Shown: piece by piece, positions 1 to 8,408 of the stretch | Layout: every line of letters begins with the position of its first letter | Numbering within the stretch: the stretch's first letter is position 1 | From: Oscillospiraceae bacterium | GTDB lineage: Bacteria; Bacillota; Clostridia; Oscillospirales; Ruminococcaceae | Direction of reading: 5' to 3' | DNA: 64,000 bases | Assembly: GCA_030523195.1 (NCBI GenBank) | Contig: JAUNJC010000001.1 | Location: 29 to 64,028 of the forward strand | Made by a program: the position numbers and the translations under genes | The notes under the pieces: generated by a model | The model's database searches: none | What the model saw: the letters and a program-made list of their open reading frames with translations, nothing else | Told to the model about the DNA's origin: nothing

Positions 1-1449
1 GAAGAAGTCAAGCAGCTGGCAAAACAATACAATATCATTCCTGTCTTCTATGACTTCTCCGCTGATAACCAAACACCCATCAACTTATATCGTGTCATGT
101 CCGAAGGAGCGGAAAATGCCTTCATTCTGGAGAGTGTCAACAATGGGTTACAATGGGGACGCTATTCCTTCATTGGTGCGAATCCAAAGCGGGAAATCCA
201 AATACACGGCACAACCGTCTGCATTCTGGAAAACGGAAAAAAACAAACACAAATGGTAGAGCATCCTATTTTGTTTCTAAAAGAACAAATGGCACAATAC
301 CATGCTCCCATCCTGCCAGACGCTCCGAACTTTACCGGCGGTTTGATTGGATATTTCGGCTATGACACGGTACGCTATATGGAAAAGGTTCTCGTCAATA
401 TACCCGAAGATGACATTCATATGCCGGATTGCGATTTATTTTTATATGAGGAACTGGTTGCCTACGACCACCTCAAACACAACGGCATTGTCATTCAAAA
501 TCTGCACACAGACGGCAATCTGGATGCCCAATATGCAGCGGCTCTCTGGAAAGCAGAGGAAATCGCACAGAAAATCAGCTGCTACAATCCCACACCCAAA
601 CCAACCATTAAAACCGGACCTGCAATCGTACACTCCAATACCACCAAAGAAGCCTATATGGACATTGTAAAACAAGCAAAAGATTATATCGTCAACGGTG
701 ATATTTTCCAGATCGTACTTTCTCAGCGATTTGAAATCCAGAATCCACCCAACAGCTTTGATGTGTACCGAAAACTTCGCGCCAGCAATCCCTCTCCATA
801 TCTGTACTATTTCCACACACCAACCTATGATATTGCTGGTGCTTCCCCAGAAATGCTGGCAAGCGTCAAAAATGGAATCCTTCACAATCGACCGATCGCT
901 GGTACCAAACCGAGGGGCAGAACACAAGAAGAGGATAACCAAAATGAAGCAACCCTGCTTGCTGACCCAAAAGAACGAGCAGAACACACCATGTTGGTCG
1001 ATCTGGGGCGAAATGATGTGGGAAAAGTTTCCGAATTCGGCAGTGTGCATGTCACACGCTATATGGTAACGGAACGTGCTTCTAAGGTGATGCATCTGGT
1101 TTCCGATGTAGAGGGAACACTGCGAAAGGATGCCACCGCACTGGATGCCCTGATGGCAATCCTACCAGCCGGAACACTCTCCGGCGCCCCAAAGGTACGG
1201 GCAATGGAACTGATTGACCAGTTCGAGCCGAAAAAACGTGGTCTGTACGGTGGTACCGTTGGCTATTTGGGATTTGATGGCAATCTGGATACCTGTATCG
1301 CCATCCGTACCGTGCTCTTCGCCAACCAAAAAGCATATGTACAGGCGGGAGCCGGCATTGTCGCTGATTCCGTACCGGAAAATGAATATTACGAAACCGT
1401 CAACAAAGCACTTGCGATCATCAATGCAATTAAGGAGGCTTCCCAATGA
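1..1449 (+). CDS. trpE: Anthranilate synthase component I (5' end outside the window)
   Basis: Frame +1 is open from base 1 (EEVKQLAKQYNIIPV...TPINLYRV), upstream of the ORF-track start at 97. Motifs LESV, SPY, ASPE, RPIAGT, EHTMLVDLGRND, GTLSGAPK, AGAGIVADS. Confidence 0.97.
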   Translation, partial: EEVKQLAKQYNIIPVFYDFSADNQTPINLYRVMSEGAENAFILESVNNGLQWGRYSFIGANPKREIQIHGTTVCILENGKKQTQMVEHPILFLKEQMAQYHAPILPDAPNFTGGLIGYFGYDTVRYMEKVLVNIPEDDIHMPDCDLFLYEELVAYDHLKHNGIVIQNLHTDGNLDAQYAAALWKAEEIAQKISCYNPTPKPTIKTGPAIVHSNTTKEAYMDIVKQAKDYIVNGDIFQIVLSQRFEIQNPPNSFDVYRKLRASNPSPYLYYFHTPTYDIAGASPEMLASVKNGILHNRPIAGTKPRGRTQEEDNQNEATLLADPKERAEHTMLVDLGRNDVGKVSEFGSVHVTRYMVTERASKVMHLVSDVEGTLRKDATALDALMAILPAGTLSGAPKVRAMELIDQFEPKKRGLYGGTVGYLGFDGNLDTCIAIRTVLFANQKAYVQAGAGIVADSVPENEYYETVNKALAIINAIKEASQ

Positions 1450-3080
1450 TTCTCTTTTTAGATAACTATGATTCATTCACTTATAATCTATATCAGTATA
1501 TCGGCGAACTGTATCCGGACATTCAGGTTGTCCGAAATGATGAAATCACACTGGAAGAAATCGAAGCCATACACCCAGATGCACTCCTAATTTCTCCGGG
1601 ACCGGGCTATCCAAAAGATGCTGGCATTTCTATTCCTGCCATTCAAAAATTCGCCGGAAAGATGCCAATTCTCGGCATCTGCCTAGGACACCAAGCCATT
1701 GCAGAGGCATTCGGCGGAAGGGTTATCAAGGCAGAACACCTGATGCATGGAAAAGCAAGCAATATTGCAATAGATACGAAGTCCGTTCTGTTCCATGACA
1801 TGCCACAAGTGATTTCCTGCGGTCGATATCACTCTTTGATTGTAGAAGGATCCTCTCTGCCCTCTTGCCTGCGAATCACTGCAAGAGATGAAAACGGACA
1901 GATCATGGCAATCGAACACACACAGTTTCCTGTTTACGGCTTGCAATTCCATCCGGAATCTATCTTAACGGATGACGGCAGAGAAATTTTAATCCGCTTC
2001 CTGAATCTGCTGCCGGGGGTCTCTCTTCCAACCAAAACACAAACCTCACAGCAGCCAAAAAAAGCGTTGCTGCCTTATGCAGAAAAGGTACTCAACGGCG
2101 ATAACCTCACAGAAACAGAGGCAGCTGCGGCAATGGACTTGATCATGAGTAATGCTGCAACCGATATTCAAATTGCAGAATTTTTAACCGCACTGCGGAT
2201 AAAGGGAGAAACCATTGAGGAAATCACAGGATTTGCAAAAGGAATGCGTGCCAAAGCAAAAACGGTTCCCAACTGTAGGGATGCAATTGATATTGTTGGA
2301 ACGGGCGGAGACTGCTCCAATTCCTTTAATATTTCTACCACCTCTTCTTTTGTCATTGCAGCAGCTGGTGCAAAAGTTGCCAAACATGGAAATCGCAGCG
2401 TTTCCAGTAAGAGCGGTGCAGCGGATGTCCTGGAACGACTTGGGGTAAAAATTCAGACCACACCGGAACAAGCGGCAAACTGCATTCATGAAATCGGCAT
2501 TTCCTTCCTGTTTGCTCAAAGTTATCATGGCTCCATGAAATATGTCGCAAAGACAAGAAAAGAAATGGGCACTCGCACCGTATTCAATATTTTAGGTCCG
2601 CTTGCCAATCCAGCAGAAACGGATTATATCCTGCTTGGTGTCTATGATGACCATCTACTGACTGTAATGGCAAAAGTATTATGTGCTCTTGGCATTCGCC
2701 ACGCAATGGTGATGCACGGCGAAGATGGTTTCGATGAAGTTTCCATTTCTGCACCAACAAAAATTGCAGAAATTAGAGACGGCGGTATTTTTGAATACAG
2801 TATCACACCAGAGCAGTTCGGCTTGCCAATGGCAGAAAAATCCGAAATCACTGGCGGCACACCGGAAGAAAATGCACTGATTACACAGGGAATCCTTTCT
2901 GGTACCATTCGGGATGCCAAGCGAAATATTGTCTTACTGAATGCCGGCTGTGCATTATATGTTGCAGAAAAGGTAAACAGCATTGGAGAAGGTATTGCTT
3001 TAGCTGCGGAAACCATTGACAGCGGTGCAGCACTGACAAAGCTGGAAGAACTCAAGGCATTCACCAATGCTTTAGAATAA
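1446..3080 (+). CDS. trpD: Fused anthranilate synthase component II / anthranilate phosphoribosyltransferase (TrpG-TrpD)
   Basis: N-terminal glutamine amidotransferase (DNYDSFT, SPGPG, GICLGHQ, RYHSL, QFHPES) followed by a PRT domain (DIVGTGGD, KHGNRSVSSKSG, RTVFNILGPL). ATGA overlap with trpE. Confidence 0.96.
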   Translation: MILFLDNYDSFTYNLYQYIGELYPDIQVVRNDEITLEEIEAIHPDALLISPGPGYPKDAGISIPAIQKFAGKMPILGICLGHQAIAEAFGGRVIKAEHLMHGKASNIAIDTKSVLFHDMPQVISCGRYHSLIVEGSSLPSCLRITARDENGQIMAIEHTQFPVYGLQFHPESILTDDGREILIRFLNLLPGVSLPTKTQTSQQPKKALLPYAEKVLNGDNLTETEAAAAMDLIMSNAATDIQIAEFLTALRIKGETIEEITGFAKGMRAKAKTVPNCRDAIDIVGTGGDCSNSFNISTTSSFVIAAAGAKVAKHGNRSVSSKSGAADVLERLGVKIQTTPEQAANCIHEIGISFLFAQSYHGSMKYVAKTRKEMGTRTVFNILGPLANPAETDYILLGVYDDHLLTVMAKVLCALGIRHAMVMHGEDGFDEVSISAPTKIAEIRDGGIFEYSITPEQFGLPMAEKSEITGGTPEENALITQGILSGTIRDAKRNIVLLNAGCALYVAEKVNSIGEGIALAAETIDSGAALTKLEELKAFTNALE

Positions 3081-3101
3081 GAGGAACGGAGTCTATGATA
3101 T

Positions 3102-3533
3102 ATGATAATTGGTTTTGAAGATGCTTTTATGGATGCACAGTCAGAGATCATTTCGCTTTGTTTGGAGTTTTTAGACCTTACTGGGCAAGATGCAGATGAA
3201 ATTTATGCATATGCATATCAAAATGAACACGAAACAATGTTTAATGCTTTTTTCAAAAAAGATGGTACCATTCTTTCCGCAGGAAAATTGGGTTCTGATG
3301 AACAGTCGGATGCGTTCCTGCATGTTGGAATCGAGAGTGTGATAAAACTGGTTGCTGTTTGCAAAAAATATGAGCATAAATGTCCAAACGAATGCAAACT
3401 CATTTATCACGTGACCAGTAAACAATTTGATGCGAAATATGAATATACAGACTGCGTTGCAGAAAAGGGAATTAGCCCCGTAGAGAACCTTATGAAATGG
3501 AAGAAAGAAATAGAGCGAGGAACCCTATCATGA
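3102..3533 (+). CDS. DUF600/YezG(EsaG)-like putative immunity protein
   Basis: Acidic 143-aa protein. The pattern FED.F...Q..IIS.CLE, E.Y.Y, FF..DG, CKKYE..CP.E.KLIY.V....F.A.Y.Y and C-terminal W..E resembles the DUF600 family as I recall it. Its stop overlaps the trpC ATG. Confidence 0.6.
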   Translation: MIIGFEDAFMDAQSEIISLCLEFLDLTGQDADEIYAYAYQNEHETMFNAFFKKDGTILSAGKLGSDEQSDAFLHVGIESVIKLVAVCKKYEHKCPNECKLIYHVTSKQFDAKYEYTDCVAEKGISPVENLMKWKKEIERGTLS

Positions 3534-4309
3534 TTTTAGATGACATTGTTGCAAAACGGAAAGAGCAGCTTGCAAGAGAACTGGCAAAAATCGACCGGCA
3601 GACTATGCGAACACTGGCATTGCAAACAAAACGACCTGTCCTCTCCTTTCCGGATGCCCTGCGTACAGGGCGTCTTTCCATCATTGCAGAGGTAAAGAAG
3701 GCCTCCCCCTCCAAGTCTGTCATTTGTGCAGACTTTCATCCGGTCGAACAGGCTGCTGCCTATGAACACGCTGGTGCAGATGCGATTTCCTGCCTGACAG
3801 AGGAATACTATTTTCAGGGCAACAGCCAGTATTTCCAAGAAATTCGAGCAGCGGTCTCCATTCCCATGCTGCGGAAAGATTTCATCATTGACCCCTATCA
3901 GATTGATGAGGCAAGAGTGATAGGAGCAGATGCCATTCTGCTGATTGCTGCCATTTTAGATAGAGAAACCATGCAGCAGTTCTACCAATATGCTACAGAA
4001 CTGGGCTTGCACTGCCTGTTTGAAGCACACAACGAAACGGAAATGCAGCAGGTGTTGGACTGCGGTGCAAAAATCTGCGGTATCAACAACCGCAATCTCA
4101 AAACGTTTCAAGTCGGTTTGACAACCACACAGCGTCTCGCTGCCATGGTGCCAAAGGACTGCATTCTTGTTTCGGAAAGCGGTATGCAGTCCCACGATGA
4201 CCTGAAAACCGTCCGGCAGTATGGTGCAGATGCCGTACTCATCGGAGAAACCCTCATGCGAAGCGGCAATGTGGCAGCCACATTGCAGACACTGCGGGAG
4301 AATTTATGA
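3530..4309 (+). CDS. trpC: Indole-3-glycerol phosphate synthase
   Basis: MILDDIV start at 3530; IIAEVKKASPS, LTEEYYFQG, LRKDFIID, GINNRNL, SESG. Confidence 0.97.
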   Translation: MILDDIVAKRKEQLARELAKIDRQTMRTLALQTKRPVLSFPDALRTGRLSIIAEVKKASPSKSVICADFHPVEQAAAYEHAGADAISCLTEEYYFQGNSQYFQEIRAAVSIPMLRKDFIIDPYQIDEARVIGADAILLIAAILDRETMQQFYQYATELGLHCLFEAHNETEMQQVLDCGAKICGINNRNLKTFQVGLTTTQRLAAMVPKDCILVSESGMQSHDDLKTVRQYGADAVLIGETLMRSGNVAATLQTLRENL

Positions 4310-4923
4310 AGATTAAATTTTGTGGAATCCGGCGATTAGAAGATGTCACTGCCATCAATATGTTACAGCCGGATTATATGGGCATGATATTGAGTGCTGG
4401 TTTCCGGCGAAGCGTACCACTCTCCACTGCAAAGCAACTGATACAGCAGAAATCCTCTGCCATACAGGCGGTCGGTGTATTTGTGAATGAAACCATGAAA
4501 ACCATTCTGCATGCCGCAGAGCAGCTGCATCTGGATGTCATACAGCTGCATGGAGCAGAAACACCAGAACAAGTTCAGCAATTACAGCAAATAACCAAGT
4601 TGCCAATCTGGAAGGCATTGCGAATTGGCACGGCCGAAGAACTGGAAACGGCTGCAAACTTTCCAGCGGATTGCCTCGTACTGGAAGGCAATACTGGAAC
4701 AGCGGTTGGCGGTACGGGAATTTGTGCAGACTGGAATTTGTTTGCAAAACGACAATGGCAGCGACCATTTTTTCTGGCAGGCGGCTTAACGCCGGAAAAT
4801 CTGAAACAAGCAATTGCTGTCGTTCAGCCGTTTGGCGTAGATTTTTCCAGTGGAATCGAAGAAAATGGAAGCAAATCCCCTGAAAAAATGAAACAAATTA
4901 TAACAATCATACGAGGAGCGTAA
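4306..4923 (+). CDS. trpF: Phosphoribosylanthranilate isomerase
   Basis: KFCGI, VGVFVN, QLHG.E, GGTG, LAGGL.PEN, GVD.SSGIE. Confidence 0.95.
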   Translation: MKIKFCGIRRLEDVTAINMLQPDYMGMILSAGFRRSVPLSTAKQLIQQKSSAIQAVGVFVNETMKTILHAAEQLHLDVIQLHGAETPEQVQQLQQITKLPIWKALRIGTAEELETAANFPADCLVLEGNTGTAVGGTGICADWNLFAKRQWQRPFFLAGGLTPENLKQAIAVVQPFGVDFSSGIEENGSKSPEKMKQIITIIRGA

Positions 4924-4927
4924 AATC

Positions 4928-6115
4928 ATGGGTAAAGTAGGCAGATTTGGAATGTTCGGAGGACAATATGTTCCCGAAACCGTTATGAATGCCGTTCATG
5001 AACTGGAAACGGCATATACAGAAGCAAAAGCAGATCCAGCATTCTGGGAAGAATATCGTCGGCTTTGCAGAGAATATGCAAACCGGCCGTCTCTGCTCTA
5101 TTATGCAGAACGGATGACAAACGACTTAGGCGGCTGCAAAATCTATCTCAAGCGAGAAGACTTGAATCACACAGGAGCACACAAAATCAATAACGTATTG
5201 GGACAGATTTTACTTGCAAAACGCATGGGAAAAAAGAGAATCATTGCAGAAACCGGTGCCGGTCAGCATGGTGTCGCAACGGCAACCGCATGCGCTCTGT
5301 TTGATTTAGAATGCGAAGTATTCATGGGAAAAGAAGATGTGGCACGGCAAAAATTAAACGCCTATCGTATGGAACTGCTGGGGGCAAAAGTTCGCAGCGT
5401 CGATAATGGCACTGGTACCCTGAAAGATGCCATCAACGAAGCCATGCGGGATTGGGTCACCAACATTGATACCACCTATTATCTGATCGGTTCTGTTATG
5501 GGACCGCATCCATATCCGATGATGGTCAGAGATTTCCAAAAGATCATTGGAGAAGAGGCAAAACAGCAGCTACAGGAAAAGGAAGGCGTTCTGCCAGATT
5601 GTGTGGTTGCATGTGTCGGCGGCGGCTCTAATGCAATGGGGATGTTCTATGACTTCATTCCAGACAAGAGCGTACGTCTGGTCGGTGCAGAAGCTGCTGG
5701 AAAGGGCGTCGACACAGCTTTACACGCTGCAACGCTGACAAAGGGGACGCTTGGTATTTTCCACGGCATGAAGTCCTATTTCCTGCAAAATGAAGAGGGA
5801 CAGATTGCACCGGTCTTCTCCATTTCTGCCGGTCTGGACTATCCGGGCATCGGACCAGAACATGCTAACCTGTATAAAACCGGTCGGGCAGATTATGTTG
5901 CCATTACAGATGAGGAAGCTGTACAGGCATTGGAATATCTCTCGAAAAAAGAGGGGGTTATTCCGGCAATCGAATCGGCACACGCTGTAGCAGCTGCCAT
6001 GAAGATTGCACCGACGATGAGAAAAGATCAGATTATGATTATCTGCCTGTCTGGTCGTGGTGATAAAGATATGCAGCAAATTGCAGAATACAGAGGAGTG
6101 AAAATCGATGACTGA
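4928..6115 (+). CDS. trpB: Tryptophan synthase beta chain
   Basis: [44 protein letters not shown]. Confidence 0.99.
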   Translation: MGKVGRFGMFGGQYVPETVMNAVHELETAYTEAKADPAFWEEYRRLCREYANRPSLLYYAERMTNDLGGCKIYLKREDLNHTGAHKINNVLGQILLAKRMGKKRIIAETGAGQHGVATATACALFDLECEVFMGKEDVARQKLNAYRMELLGAKVRSVDNGTGTLKDAINEAMRDWVTNIDTTYYLIGSVMGPHPYPMMVRDFQKIIGEEAKQQLQEKEGVLPDCVVACVGGGSNAMGMFYDFIPDKSVRLVGAEAAGKGVDTALHAATLTKGTLGIFHGMKSYFLQNEEGQIAPVFSISAGLDYPGIGPEHANLYKTGRADYVAITDEEAVQALEYLSKKEGVIPAIESAHAVAAAMKIAPTMRKDQIMIICLSGRGDKDMQQIAEYRGVKIDD

Positions 6116-6902
6116 GAATAGAATTGACCGCACTTTACAGGTGTTGAAACAAACAGGAAAAAAAGCTTTGATCCCATTCATAACAGCAGGACATGGCGGT
6201 TATGACCTGACAGAACAACTGGTTTTAAAAATGGAGGAAGCCGGTGCAAACATCATTGAACTGGGTGTTCCCTTTTCAGATCCCATTGCAGAAGGTCCTG
6301 TGATTCAACATGCAAGCGAACAATCCCTGAAACAGGGCACGACACTGGCAGGTATTTTTGAACTGGTCAAACGGCTGCGAAAGCAAACTGACATGCCGCT
6401 GCTGCTCATGATGTACCTAAACACCATTTTTTCACATGGCACAGAAGATTTTTTCCGTACCTGCAAAGAAGTGGGCATTGACGGAGTCATTGTGCCGGAT
6501 ATGCCGTTTGAGGAGAAGGACGAAATTCAAGGCGATGCAGATAAGTACGGCATTCATAACATCAGTCTGGTCACACCGGCAAGCGAGGGCAGAACACAGA
6601 TGATTGCAGAAAATGCAACTGGTTTCCTATACTGTGTTTCCTCTAATGGTGTCACGGGGATGCGATCAAAATTCCAGACGGATTTCTCCTCTTTCTTTGC
6701 CCCGATTCACAAATATGCAAAAATCCCATGCATGGTTGGATTTGGTATTTCAAGCCCAGAAGCCGCCAAGCAGATGAGTGAATATTGTGACGGTGTCATT
6801 ATCGGCAGTGCCATTGTCAATCTGGTGGAGCAGTATCCGACACAGGCACCGGAAAAGGTATACAAATTTTTACATGACATTCGTATGGCGTTAGATGAAT
6901 AA
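6108..6902 (+). CDS. trpA: Tryptophan synthase alpha chain
   Basis: [36 protein letters not shown]. Confidence 0.98.
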   Translation: MTENRIDRTLQVLKQTGKKALIPFITAGHGGYDLTEQLVLKMEEAGANIIELGVPFSDPIAEGPVIQHASEQSLKQGTTLAGIFELVKRLRKQTDMPLLLMMYLNTIFSHGTEDFFRTCKEVGIDGVIVPDMPFEEKDEIQGDADKYGIHNISLVTPASEGRTQMIAENATGFLYCVSSNGVTGMRSKFQTDFSSFFAPIHKYAKIPCMVGFGISSPEAAKQMSEYCDGVIIGSAIVNLVEQYPTQAPEKVYKFLHDIRMALDE

Positions 6903-7009
6903 ATACTACCTTCTTACACATACCAATCCGTTTTATAATGGTATGAAAACAAAAGAATGAGCATCTATTCCACAAAAGAAAATGCCAAAACAGAAAAGGA
7001 CGTGATTTT

Positions 7010-7501
7010 ACGGCAACGTGGTCTGGAATCCGACATAAATTAGAACAGGATTATCTTGCTGCATCGCTGCGTGGACATATTCAATATTATGCAACCTCCT
7101 ATAGCAAAAGTCCTGACCACAATGGCAGAGCTGCAATCTTATTAGATGGAAAGGAAATCATAAGCGGCTGCTATTATAACAACTGGAATCAAGCACATCG
7201 TTTTCCAAAAGATGAGAAATACACCCGCAAAATGAAAGAAGATTTTGCCTTTATGGATAATACCGCTATGAAGCTGGGCATATTTGACCAACGTTGTTTT
7301 TATCGTGCTTTTGATGAATTTGACAATCAAAGCATAGAAGAAAGTCTTCTGAGCGAAGACATTCTTGTGAGAATCTTTGCTCTTCTGGATAGACGGGTTG
7401 GAAAAAGGCGGCTGCTGGCAATGAAAGATCACATCGAAACCGAATGTGAAACCATACAACGGTTCTTTTCTATTCGAGCAAAAGCGGAAAATATCATTTA
7501 A
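7010..7501 (+). CDS. Hypothetical protein (SF0329-like), probably 163 aa starting at ACG
   Basis: The frame of ORF 7232..7501 is open a further 74 codons upstream to ACG at 7010 ((M)ATWSGIRHKLEQDYLAASLRGHIQYYATSY...). SD-like AAAGGACGTGA lies just before it. C-terminal LDRRVGKRRL motif. Family name is from recall. Confidence 0.6.
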   Translation, partial: TATWSGIRHKLEQDYLAASLRGHIQYYATSYSKSPDHNGRAAILLDGKEIISGCYYNNWNQAHRFPKDEKYTRKMKEDFAFMDNTAMKLGIFDQRCFYRAFDEFDNQSIEESLLSEDILVRIFALLDRRVGKRRLLAMKDHIETECETIQRFFSIRAKAENII

Positions 7502-7516
7502 TTGAAACGGTCTCAG

Positions 7517-7562
7517 AAAATGGAAAGGGGCTTATAGAAATCATTCAGCCCTTTCCATTTTT
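7517..7562 (+). terminator. Intrinsic terminator-like inverted repeat
   Basis: AAAATGGAAAGGG...CCCTTTCCATTTTT. Confidence 0.6.
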
Positions 7563-7602
7563 ATTTAGCCCTTGATAAAAATAAAAATCACTGGAGATAA
7601 TC

Positions 7603-7905
7603 ATGTTAGCATTTTATCTTTATCCTTTTATAAATAATCAGAAAATTCAGGAATATACCAAAAAAGATCTCATGAATGTAGCGAAAGTAGAAGAATTATT
7701 TGACTATTGTCAAATTCTTGAAGCTTACATTACAAAATCCGGATGGGATTTTCTGATTCAACAGTATGGATGGGAAGGTCTATATCAAATCAATCAAAAA
7801 AGTGATTGGATTTACGCTGAAACGATTACAGAATTTCAATCATATGTGCAAGAAGAAATGAAACGTATTCCTGTGCAAACAAATCCAAAACTTGAAATAA
7901 AATAG
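7603..7905 (+). CDS. Hypothetical protein (100 aa, AT-rich)
   Basis: GGAG SD before the ATG; plausible helical protein composition; no motif recognised. Confidence 0.6.
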   Translation: MLAFYLYPFINNQKIQEYTKKDLMNVAKVEELFDYCQILEAYITKSGWDFLIQQYGWEGLYQINQKSDWIYAETITEFQSYVQEEMKRIPVQTNPKLEIK

Positions 7906-8066
7906 AGGTATAATGATGACAAGAGAAGAAAGAGGATCAGATTCGATAATTTTGTACGATCCTAAATTTTGATGATAGAAGAGCAGAAAGGACTGTATAA
8001 AAAATTCCACAGTCCTTTCTATATTTCTTCTACTTTTACAATTTTCTCGACTTTTTGAAAAAAAGC

Positions 8067-8095
8067 TTGACAAATCCGAAAAAACGTGATATACT
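8067..8095 (+). promoter_or_regulatory. Sigma-A promoter P1 for tRNA-Gln
   Basis: TTGACA-N17-TATACT with extended -10 TG and an upstream A-tract. Confidence 0.8.
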
Positions 8096-8177
8096 GTATG
8101 AGTTGTCTCTTATGAGACAACAATCACCAATGCGATGTTCCCTCAAAAATTTTTTTGAAAAAAATTGAAAAAAGGGC

Positions 8178-8206
8178 TTGACAAATGCAAAAAAGTGTGA
8201 TATAAT
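8178..8206 (+). promoter_or_regulatory. Sigma-A promoter P2 for tRNA-Gln
   Basis: Perfect TTGACA-N17-TATAAT with extended -10 TG and an upstream A-tract. Confidence 0.9.
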
Positions 8207-8238
8207 AAATAAGTCGGTTGACGATGAAAAGAAAATAT

Positions 8239-8314
8239 TGGGGTGTCGCCAAGTGGTAAGGCAGCGGACTCTGACTCCGTTATTCCGAGGGTTCAAATCC
8301 TTCCACCCCAACCA
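8239..8314 (+). tRNA. tRNA-Gln (anticodon CTG), CCA encoded
   Basis: Acceptor TGGGGTG/CACCCCA; D arm GCC-AAGTGGTAA-GGC; anticodon arm GCGGA-CTCTGAC-TCCGT; T arm GAGGG-TTCAAAT-CCTTC; 3' ACCA. Confidence 0.97.
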
Positions 8315-8319
8315 AATTC

Positions 8320-8356
8320 AATTCACTGAATGATTTTTCATTCGGTGAATTTTTTT
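8320..8356 (+). terminator. Intrinsic terminator after the tRNA
   Basis: AATTCACTGAATGA-TTTT-TCATTCGGTGAATT followed by a T-run. Confidence 0.85.
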
Positions 8357-8373
8357 ATCATAAACAAACGCAT

Positions 8374-8399
8374 GCCCATAGGAGAGCGTTCCTATGGGC
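8374..8399. terminator. Hairpin downstream of asnB (probably bidirectional terminator)
   Basis: GCCCATAGGA-GAGCGT-TCCTATGGGC. Confidence 0.7.
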
Positions 8400-8408
8400 G
8401 TTTTTGGT

